Shown piece by piece: positions 17,263 through 24,458 of a stretch of 32,000 nt of DNA (the stretch's first letter is position 1; each line of letters starts with the position of its first letter). Source of the stretch: Candidatus Saccharimonadota bacterium (GTDB taxonomy: Archaea; Micrarchaeota; Micrarchaeia; Micrarchaeales; Micrarchaeaceae); assembly GCF_002214165.1 (NCBI RefSeq), contig NZ_CP019964.1:660001-692000 (forward strand), written 5' to 3'. The position numbers and the translations under genes are program-made. Under the pieces are notes generated by a model. The model made no database searches. It was given only the letters and a program-made list of their open reading frames with translations, and was not told the origin of the DNA.

Positions 17263-17883
17263 GTGTTACTAATTTATTACTTGTTAATATCGCTTGGCTC
17301 ACTGTCTAAGGCATTGCCTGCCATAATAGAATCTTACGGCTATGCATCGGTAGTCTTGCTTATGGCGCTTGAAAGCGCATCGCTTCCATTGCCAAGCGAA
17401 GTTATACTGCCCACTGTTGGTTTCCTTGTCAGCAAGGGATTGATGGATTTCTACATTGCCCTTATAGCTGCGTTGATAGGCAACTTCATAGGGATAATGG
17501 TCGACTATTATATAGGGTATTACCTAGGCAAGGATTTCATATACAAGAACCTTAGGCTGTTCCATGTCAAAAAAGAGACATTGGACAACTTTGATTCATG
17601 GTTTGACAAGAATGGAGAGATAGCGGTATTCTTCTCAAGGATGATACCTGTGATAAGAGGTCTCATAAGCTTCCCTGCCGGTTTTGCAAACATGAACAAA
17701 AAGAAGTTCATCACTTATTCAATGGTCGGAAGCCTGATATACGATGCCTTGCTTATTTTATTTGGAATGTATGCATTGTCAGTAGGCAACATAGTTGAAT
17801 TGATGGCGGCGATCAGCATATTTGCAGTTATATTGATAGCAGTTTACAAAGCATTCATGCATTACCTAGCGAAATCAAAATAG
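17263..17883 (+). CDS. dedA: DedA-family membrane protein
   Basis: YGYASVVLLMALESASLPLPSEVILP and FFSRMIPVIRGLISFPAGF are DedA/SNARE-associated signatures. GTG start. Confidence 0.8.
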   Translation: MLLIYYLLISLGSLSKALPAIIESYGYASVVLLMALESASLPLPSEVILPTVGFLVSKGLMDFYIALIAALIGNFIGIMVDYYIGYYLGKDFIYKNLRLFHVKKETLDNFDSWFDKNGEIAVFFSRMIPVIRGLISFPAGFANMNKKKFITYSMVGSLIYDALLILFGMYALSVGNIVELMAAISIFAVILIAVYKAFMHYLAKSK

Positions 17884-17904
17884 AAACTGCAATTAAAATA
17901 CAAA

Positions 17905-17979
17905 TGCTCCCACCGAGATTTGAACTCGAGTTTCAGCCTTGAGAGGGCTGTGTCCTTGACCGGGCTAGACGATAGGAGC
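17905..17979 (-). tRNA. tRNA-Glu (anticodon CTC), 75 nt, no intron, CCA not encoded
   Basis: Hand-folded sequence GCTCCTA-TC-GTCT-AGCCCGGTCAA-GGAC-A-CAGCC-CTCTCAA-GGCTG-AAAC-TCGAG-TTCAAAT-CTCGG-TGGGAGC-A. All four stems pair, with G-U wobbles only. Confidence 0.9.
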
Positions 17980-18063
17980 ACATATTGCAGGTTAATTTTG
18001 ATGTTAATATTATTAATAATTTTTGTTGGCCATGCTTTTCCGGTTGCCGCATTGCTTATATTT

Positions 18064-19254
18064 TTAGGTTTCGTTCTTTGACTGCATCTTATTCTCCTTC
18101 AATGCTTTTAGCACTTTTGCTTCCGGCCTTGCAAGAAGGAACAGTATAATTATAATAGGAACAACCAGTAGCATGGTTTCCCTAAATCCTACCGCTGATA
18201 TCAATCCTCCAGCTATTGTCGGAACCACAATATTGATAAGCATTATCACGGCAAAGAAATAGCTGTTCGCCTTGTTCCTGCTGCTCATATCAAAGGACCT
18301 TCCTATCGCAGATATCGACAATGGATAGGTCAGCCCATGAGGCACCCCTAATACTATTATTCCTATTGCATATAGGAACAAGTCTTTGCTCAGGAATACG
18401 GTTAACAAACCTATCGCTGTAAGGAGCATTGAGAGCTTGATATACCTCCATAGATTGGAGGGTACAAAGTATGATAGCGCAAGCCTTGAGATAAACGAAA
18501 TTGTGAACAAGAGGGAGAACATAAGCATTACAGCACTTGATGACAATCCCAAGGATTGCTCCGCAAATATGCCGCTGAAAAACACTATCATCGCAAATGG
18601 GGCATTATACATCAATATAGAGTATATCGCAAGCTTAAATCCGTGATTCTTCCAGACCTTGACACCCTTTCCGGAATCTTCGCTTTTTGCGATGGGGAAT
18701 TTCATGAACGGCGAAAGTATCAAAGCCACCAAGCTTATAGGCGCAAACAGCAAAAATGCATACTTCAATGGGAAATAGTCCAAAACTATCGACTCTATGA
18801 ACGGGCCTGCTATCAGGCTAGCGCTCAATGCTAGAGTGTATATGCCCATCATTCTTTCCCTTATTTTCCGGTCTTCCGAAACTCCTGCCGAAGTTATTAT
18901 ATTCGGCATTATTATTCCTGCTGAGAAGCTCAGTATGAGTATGTATACCCAGATGGATAGGTAATTTGAAAAGAATATGAGCACAAATGAAATAGTTATA
19001 AGGGCATTCGCGACTATGAAAAGATATCTCCTTGTCCTTGAGCAAAGCCTGCTGTTCACGAAAGCTGTGGAAATAAAAGTGACAAGCGATGAGAACCCCG
19101 CCAATATGCCTACGTCTGTTTCCGTAAAATTGAAGTACTGCTTTACGAAAAGAGGTATTGTAGTCATAAATGCATTGTTAGAAGACCTAACTGCAAAAGT
19201 AAATGCTATCAGAATAAGCATTGAGTAAAGCAAGTAGAATTTGTTCTTGTCCAA
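18064..19254 (-). CDS. MFS-type transporter (about 12 TM)
   Basis: 396 aa and hydrophobic throughout. Loop after TM2 NSRLCSRTRRY resembles the MFS motif-A position. Two 6-TM halves separated by a KSEDSGKG loop. Confidence 0.7.
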   Translation of the reverse strand: MDKNKFYLLYSMLILIAFTFAVRSSNNAFMTTIPLFVKQYFNFTETDVGILAGFSSLVTFISTAFVNSRLCSRTRRYLFIVANALITISFVLIFFSNYLSIWVYILILSFSAGIIMPNIITSAGVSEDRKIRERMMGIYTLALSASLIAGPFIESIVLDYFPLKYAFLLFAPISLVALILSPFMKFPIAKSEDSGKGVKVWKNHGFKLAIYSILMYNAPFAMIVFFSGIFAEQSLGLSSSAVMLMFSLLFTISFISRLALSYFVPSNLWRYIKLSMLLTAIGLLTVFLSKDLFLYAIGIIVLGVPHGLTYPLSISAIGRSFDMSSRNKANSYFFAVIMLINIVVPTIAGGLISAVGFRETMLLVVPIIIILFLLARPEAKVLKALKENKMQSKNET

Positions 19255-19262
19255 TTGATCGC

Positions 19263-19742
19263 CTAAGGCCTGTTCGCTTTCTTCCCTTCCATTATCTCGT
19301 TTATCGAGTATTTCTTTATTACTTTAGCTTTAAGCAGATTTATGTCTTTGTAATCCTTTTCCTTTGCTATTCTCTCCGCCTGCTTTAGCTTATTGGCGTA
19401 CTTGTTGTATGCGTTAAGCGCGGATGTGTACGCATCCCTCTCATGCGGGTTCTTTATCTTCATAATCCTTGCTTCCAATTTCTTGTTCTTCATAGACAAA
19501 TCTTCATTTGGCAAAAATAGCGATGCGTTAAAAGAAGCAGTTATCTTGCGTATTATATCACTCTTGCCGTTATGCTTGTCATTCGCTATTACTATTGGTG
19601 TGCCTACCTTCTGTATCTCGCTCACGATCCAATTGGATCCCGCATCTCTCTTATGGGAGCTGAAAATGTATTTCCCACTTAAGCTTAAGCATGCTATCGC
19701 AGATGTCTTTCCTGTATCAACACCCACTATTATATACATCAT
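19263..19742 (-). CDS. short DUF460/COG2433-like protein (RNase H-fold, RuvC/YqgF-like predicted nuclease domain only)
   Basis: MMYIIVGVDTGKTSAIACL..GTPIVIANDK...NPHERDAYTSALNAYNKY matches my recollection of the DUF460 N-terminal domain. Start set at ATG 19742, 1 nt after the upstream stop. The tracked start at 19814 would overlap the upstream gene. Confidence 0.55.
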   Translation of the reverse strand: MMYIIVGVDTGKTSAIACLSLSGKYIFSSHKRDAGSNWIVSEIQKVGTPIVIANDKHNGKSDIIRKITASFNASLFLPNEDLSMKNKKLEARIMKIKNPHERDAYTSALNAYNKYANKLKQAERIAKEKDYKDINLLKAKVIKKYSINEIMEGKKANRP

Positions 19743-19743
19743 A

Positions 19744-21078
19744 TCATTTGCTGGAATTAAGTTGCGATAACGTGTAATTTGCAGCAGAATTGAACTTCTC
19801 GGGTATGGTCTCATATTGGCAGTTAAGTATTATCTCCGGTGTCTGCGTCACATTGTAGTATTTGGCTAGTTCTGCCTGGTAATCCATTGTATCTGTTATG
19901 TTATACATGCATGACTTCATCTGGGTCATGTTCAGGAATGAAAGCTCTGCGTATTTGGTAAGTGTGGAATTGCTCATTGGTGCATAGTTGAAGTTCTTGT
20001 TGATATCGTTTACAAACATTCCGAAATTTGGCTGTGATGATGCACATGCAAGGTACCTCCCAAGCAGTTGGGTCTTATTTACACCATAAGTCGGATACAG
20101 GCTTTGGCTGTACCCTGTGAATATAAAGTAGTATGTCGTATTTATCTTGCCTTTGTAGCTGCTTGTCTCGTTCATGATCTTTGATAATGATGTCAATGCA
20201 TTGTATGCATAAGGATCTGTTATGTAGTATGCAGGTACAGGCTCTGTCGTATTGCATGCAACCTTGTTTGCAAGTTTTATTGCTCCGCTCCCAACGGCGG
20301 TATTGCTTGATATTGGCGATGGTGGTGGTATTAACTGGCTAAATGGCTCAACCAATGTGAGGTTTGAGGAATAAAGCAGTATAGATATGTTCAGGGTTTC
20401 GTTCCTTGCAACTGGATCCTTATAAGGCATTACGACAAGCCATTCCTTTGAATTGTTTAGGTAAGAAACGCTTGAATCGTTTGGCTCTATGTAATATGGT
20501 AATAGCGATAAGGATGAATTAGTCCTTGCATATCCTGCTATTACGGTCTCAGCTGCAGTTAATGCCTGCGATGAATTGTATTTCGGCTGCACGCAGGTGG
20601 AATTTACTATTCCATACTGGCAAACTTTAGCTGTTGTCACTGTTTTTACAACTTTAAACGTGGACATCACAACAAGAAGCGCTATCAGTATAACGACAAG
20701 TATTATCAATGATATATGAAGATAATCCAACCCTCCCATATGAGAGGCTGGCTTGATTATAAGCAGGGGCTCCTTCTTTTTGGTTTCTTCGTTTAAATTC
20801 ATATTTCCTTTGATGTTGACTTCTGGAACCTTTACATTTGATTCCGAAATATTCTTTTTGACGGCTTTGGGCTGCATAGCAACTGCAGGTTTTTCTTCAA
20901 TGCTTTTCTTTATATTTTTGTTGGTTATTTTATTTTTAGCAGAAATGCCCTTTTTTGCAGCCTTGGGCCTGCCTTTACCGCGTGTTTTATTTATTTTTGC
21001 GGAAGCTTTGTTGTTATTTGACAGATGTGTCGATTTGCTTGCTTTTTGTTTTTTAGACTTTTTAACCTTTTTAACCAT
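19744..21078 (-). CDS. bitopic surface protein: ~115-aa Lys-rich N-terminal tail, one TM, and a ~300-aa Cys-containing ectodomain dense in N-x-S/T sequons
   Basis: MVKKVKKSKKQKASK...GRPKAAKK, then TM ISLIILVVILIALLVVM, then about 18 N-x-S/T sequons (NST, NSS, NET, NIS, NLT, NTT, NKT, NMT, NIT, NVT, NYT and others). AGGTGAT Shine-Dalgarno 5 nt upstream of the ATG. Confidence 0.6.
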   Translation of the reverse strand: MVKKVKKSKKQKASKSTHLSNNNKASAKINKTRGKGRPKAAKKGISAKNKITNKNIKKSIEEKPAVAMQPKAVKKNISESNVKVPEVNIKGNMNLNEETKKKEPLLIIKPASHMGGLDYLHISLIILVVILIALLVVMSTFKVVKTVTTAKVCQYGIVNSTCVQPKYNSSQALTAAETVIAGYARTNSSLSLLPYYIEPNDSSVSYLNNSKEWLVVMPYKDPVARNETLNISILLYSSNLTLVEPFSQLIPPPSPISSNTAVGSGAIKLANKVACNTTEPVPAYYITDPYAYNALTSLSKIMNETSSYKGKINTTYYFIFTGYSQSLYPTYGVNKTQLLGRYLACASSQPNFGMFVNDINKNFNYAPMSNSTLTKYAELSFLNMTQMKSCMYNITDTMDYQAELAKYYNVTQTPEIILNCQYETIPEKFNSAANYTLSQLNSSK

Positions 21079-21091
21079 TATATCACCTGTA
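21079..21091 (-). promoter_or_regulatory. Shine-Dalgarno (AGGTGAT) filling the 13-nt gap between the tRNA-Arg 3' end and the downstream ATG
   Basis: The minus strand reads TACAGGTGATATA-ATG immediately after the tRNA discriminator base. Confidence 0.5.
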
Positions 21092-21181
21092 CGGGCCCGA
21101 CGGGATTTTCATATCTCCAATTTGAACCCGTGACCTTCACCTTAGGAGGATGTCGCTCTATCCAAGCTGAGCTACGGGCCC
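21092..21181 (-). tRNA. tRNA-Arg (anticodon CCT) with a 15-nt intron in the T-loop (position 59/60)
   Basis: Hand-folded sequence GGGCCCG-TA-GCTC-AGCTTGGATA-GAGC-G-ACATC-CTCCTAA-GGTGA-AGGTC-ACGGG-TTCAAA[TTGGAGATATGAAAA]T-CCCGT-CGGGCCC-G. Only after removing the bracketed 15 nt is a normal 75-nt cloverleaf obtained. There is one A-A mismatch at 27-43. Confidence 0.8.
21106..21120 (-). other. non-canonical tRNA intron with hBHBh' splicing motif
   Basis: The T-stem ACGGG/CCCGT is the outer helix. The central 4-bp helix is UUCA/UGAA. Two 3-nt AAU bulges lie on opposite strands. The inner part is UG/UA closed by a GAGA loop. Cutting between bulge nt 2 and 3 on both sides yields exactly UUCAAAU. 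Confidence 0.7.
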
Positions 21182-21286
21182 ACAGTTTATTAATACTTAA
21201 ATTGTATAGGCAAATTATTTATTATTTGGCATTTATTGGGATTCTCCATATTCTAAAAACTTGGGGCATTTTCCCAAATTGCAATT

Positions 21287-23182
21287 TTACATGCGGTCTA
21301 TTGGATTAATTCCAAGTATACGCATTGACTTTGAGGACACTTTCTCAAAGGCGCTCACTAGAAGCAGCCTTGCATATCTTAGTTCTTGGTCATCATTCTT
21401 TATAACAGGGCATGCCTCGTAGAATTTGCTGAACGACGTTGAAAGCTTTGAAAGATAGTCTACAATCAGATTCGGCTTCATTTCCCTTGATGCTCTCTCC
21501 AATATGTCTTGGCTTATAGATAACAGCTTGATTATTTCGGATTCGTAATCTGTGGAGAGCTTTGAGAAATCTGCTTCCCTTGGGTTTAACTTGCCTTTGA
21601 AATTTTCCAGTATCCGGACTGCCCTGGCATGGGTATATTCGCAGTATGGGCCGGAATTGCCTTCAAAGTTGAGTGCATTGTCCCATGAAAATATGAGCTC
21701 TTTCTCGTTTGATATCTTAAGGAATTCGTATCTTATTGCGCTAACTGATATATTCCTTGCCACAAAGTCCTTTTCGGAATCTGTAAGGTTGAACCTGCTC
21801 CCTATAAGGCTAATTGCACGCGTATAAGCTTCATTTATCAGATCGTCCGCCGTATACCCTATCCATGTCCCTTTCCTGCCTGCAAGCTTCTGCCCTTCCA
21901 AGTTAACCATTCCATATGCCAAATGGTTAAACCCCTCTGCCAATTTTTCTCCACCTACAAGCCCTATTGAAAGCTTTACCAGGGACTGCTCATAGCTCTG
22001 CCTTGAATCTATTGTGTTTACAGTTATCTTGGCATTTCCAAAAGGTTTGTCCTCACCGCTTATTGATGTTGTGTATAAAGGCTTCCCGTTTGGCTGCTTT
22101 TCCATGAATTCCGAGAACTTGAATACTCCATTTATTATTCCGAGTTTCCACATGTGGAAGGCGATATCCTTTGCAAGGTAGTCCGGCGTGCCGTTGCTGC
22201 GTATAAGCACCTTGACCTGCTCCTTTAGCCCTTTGATCTCTGGAGGCAGATTTTCCATTTTGTTGTAGTTTATTACGATGCATCCCTCGTATTTTTTATC
22301 GTTGGACTTCTCCACTATGCCTTTTTTTAGGAGCAGATCCATTGCTTTCTCCAGCAAATTGTTCCTTACTATATCGCTCTCCCATATCAGATTATCGTGG
22401 TATATGTTGAGCTTGAAAGCGGTTTCATATTCAGCCGTAATATAATTTGATACGGAGTCATGCAGAAGATTTGATTCATACGTCCCGTCAATTTCCATTT
22501 CTTTGGATAAAGACTTTATTTCCTCCTCTATGTTATTGCTTTGCATATAGGTGTTTGTTGCCACATATATTTTTCCTATGTAATGGTCGTATTTCTCTTC
22601 AGGGTCGAGATTTATATTAAGCTTGTCCTTGTTGATCAACCCCCATAGGGCTTCTGCGGACTGCAGGCCTAAATCGTCTATATAATCCTCCCTTTCCACC
22701 TCATAGCCACAGCTTTCCATCATATTTGATATAGTGTCTCCAAGCAACGCACTCCTGACTTGCCCTACGTGCCATGGATGTACAGGATTTACACTAGGCG
22801 ATTCCACTATTACTTTTATCCCTTTCCCTGAATCAGACGCCATAAAGTCTTCGCCTTTTGAATCAACAAGCTCCAAGACCAATTTGGAAAACTTTGCCTT
22901 GTCTAAGTAGAAGTTTATAAATCCGCTTTCCACTTTTGCTTCTTTGAAATAATCTATGTTAGAAAGATAGGGTTTTATAGAAGATACTAAAGAGTCCATG
23001 CTTATTCCATTGACCTTGGATATTTTCATAAGCATGCTTGATGACAGATCTCCGAATTTCTTTGATAGGTCTATAGTTGATTCAATATCTTCTAATGAAT
23101 AATCCAGCTTTATAGAGTTTGAAAACTCCTTTAACCTTGCCGCTATAATACCTTTTACTTGAGAAAATGGTGAATCGGACAT
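21287..23182 (-). CDS. argS: arginyl-tRNA synthetase
   Basis: ESPSVNPVHPWHVGQVRSALLGD is a HIGH-region variant. Also DYIDDLGLQ, a C-terminal DALR anticodon-binding domain, and the characteristic ...DRM end. 631 aa. Confidence 0.9.
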   Translation of the reverse strand: MSDSPFSQVKGIIAARLKEFSNSIKLDYSLEDIESTIDLSKKFGDLSSSMLMKISKVNGISMDSLVSSIKPYLSNIDYFKEAKVESGFINFYLDKAKFSKLVLELVDSKGEDFMASDSGKGIKVIVESPSVNPVHPWHVGQVRSALLGDTISNMMESCGYEVEREDYIDDLGLQSAEALWGLINKDKLNINLDPEEKYDHYIGKIYVATNTYMQSNNIEEEIKSLSKEMEIDGTYESNLLHDSVSNYITAEYETAFKLNIYHDNLIWESDIVRNNLLEKAMDLLLKKGIVEKSNDKKYEGCIVINYNKMENLPPEIKGLKEQVKVLIRSNGTPDYLAKDIAFHMWKLGIINGVFKFSEFMEKQPNGKPLYTTSISGEDKPFGNAKITVNTIDSRQSYEQSLVKLSIGLVGGEKLAEGFNHLAYGMVNLEGQKLAGRKGTWIGYTADDLINEAYTRAISLIGSRFNLTDSEKDFVARNISVSAIRYEFLKISNEKELIFSWDNALNFEGNSGPYCEYTHARAVRILENFKGKLNPREADFSKLSTDYESEIIKLLSISQDILERASREMKPNLIVDYLSKLSTSFSKFYEACPVIKNDDQELRYARLLLVSAFEKVSSKSMRILGINPIDRM

Positions 23183-23354
23183 TGTAAAACCTGATTAAAT
23201 TTTTAAGCCAAAAAGCAATAAAATGCTCTATATTACAATAGTATTTACTAAAAACTAAAAGAATATATGGTTTCCTGAATAAGTTTATATTGTAACGTTA
23301 GTACATTCAAATTGTGGTGATTTTATATCAAAGGTATTCACTTATAATAAAAAA

Positions 23355-24218
23355 TTGGTTGTATATCTGCCTTACGATGTAATATCAGGGCTTGGCATAG
23401 AGGAAGGAGACGACGTAGATTTCTTTAAATACAAAAGCAAGTACTTTATATTCGCAAAGAAAAGCGACATAACAGATCTTCTTGTAAAAACTTATCAGAA
23501 CGACAAACAGAAATTGGGCATAAGCGTGGGAGAATTGGAGGTCTTGAAAAAGCTTGATACTATAAGGTACAATTACAGGGATATGGAAAATATAAAATCT
23601 AAACTTAGCGATAGAGATATAGAGATACTTGAACAGCTGGTGAACAAGAAAATTGTTGTCCCTCTCGCAAACAAGGAGGGGGTTAGGTTATACAGCATAT
23701 CAAACGATATATACAATAAGTATCTTCTGCGCAACAAGAATTTGGCGAATGGAGGTTACCAAGAAAAAAGAGAGCAGGTTAAGGAAGAACCAGCATCATT
23801 GAGTGATGGCAAAACAATTCCTGTAAACACTGGGCGTACTTTTATAAAGCAGGATTCAAAGAATGAGATTATTGATGAGAGCCAGAAATTTATAGATGAA
23901 TTGAGGGCAAAGGGGTACATAGTAGTAGAAACTGAGTCAGAGGCGACCAACATCTCCATAGCCTTGGAAGATAGCATAAGGCAGGGTTTGGTAGTTGGTA
24001 CTAGATCATTCAATAAAAAATTCTATATAGCCCTTAAAAGTTTCATAGTTAACAACTCAACAAAGGTTCTTCCGCTTCTTAAAGATGAGGCGAAATCTAT
24101 TTCAGATATATCGAAGGAAACAGGCATTGATGAAGATGGCATACGGACAATGCTGTATATTTTATCTGAAAACGGAGAGGTCACAGAGCTTAGGAGGGAC
24201 ATATTCAAATTGGCTTAA
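23355..24218 (+). CDS. hypothetical DNA-binding protein (AbrB/SpoVT-like N-terminus, C-terminal wHTH-like segment)
   Basis: VVYLPYDVISGLGIEEGDDVDFF resembles an AbrB/MazE swapped-hairpin strand-loop. C-terminal ISDISKETGIDEDGIRTMLYILSENGEV is wHTH-like. The only start candidate is TTG 23355, so the start is uncertain. Confidence 0.5.
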   Translation: MVVYLPYDVISGLGIEEGDDVDFFKYKSKYFIFAKKSDITDLLVKTYQNDKQKLGISVGELEVLKKLDTIRYNYRDMENIKSKLSDRDIEILEQLVNKKIVVPLANKEGVRLYSISNDIYNKYLLRNKNLANGGYQEKREQVKEEPASLSDGKTIPVNTGRTFIKQDSKNEIIDESQKFIDELRAKGYIVVETESEATNISIALEDSIRQGLVVGTRSFNKKFYIALKSFIVNNSTKVLPLLKDEAKSISDISKETGIDEDGIRTMLYILSENGEVTELRRDIFKLA

Positions 24219-24223
24219 CCTGC

Positions 24224-24382
24224 TTAAGCATATATAACAAAGTGGTTTACGGCCAGTATTATTACAGCTACCACTATTATTGTGACCAACACGAATTTTG
24301 GGTTTATTTTTGGGCCGTTTGTAGGTGCATCATAAAAGCTGAGCACTCCAGCCGAAGATTGAGGTGAAGCTAAACTTGCCAT
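24224..24382 (-). CDS. secG: preprotein translocase subunit Sec61-beta/SecG (archaeal)
   Basis: 52-aa ORF below the ORF-track cutoff, translated by hand: MASLASPQSSAGVLSFYDAPTNGPKINPKFVLVTIIVVAVIILAVNHFVIYA. The pattern S-AG-(L/I)-x-(Y/F)-(Y/F)-D, then K-(I/L)-x-P, then a single C-terminal TM, is the Sec61-beta signature. Confidence 0.7.
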   Translation of the reverse strand: MASLASPQSSAGVLSFYDAPTNGPKINPKFVLVTIIVVAVIILAVNHFVIYA

Positions 24383-24458
24383 TTATTCACTTTATTAAAT
24401 TTTAAAAACTAACAATAGGTATTTGCTAAAAACGTTTATATAACTTATCCTTTTGACT

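Noticed and set aside
19743-19814. Tracked N-terminal extension of the DUF460-like ORF
   Set aside because: It would overlap the upstream gene by 71 nt. The conserved domain begins at MMYIIVGVDTG, whose ATG lies 1 nt after the upstream stop.
17905-21181. tRNA-Glu to tRNA-Arg interval as an integrated mobile element
   Set aside because: No integrase or transposase is present, and no direct repeat of either tRNA 3' half was seen by eye. The content (MFS, DUF460-like, surface protein) is tightly co-directional with flanking core genes. A computed repeat search would be needed to exclude it fully.
21025-21309. 94-aa plus-strand ORF
   Set aside because: It spans the minus-strand tRNA-Arg gene and the tRNA promoter region. 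It is explained by the tRNA and the AT-rich spacer.
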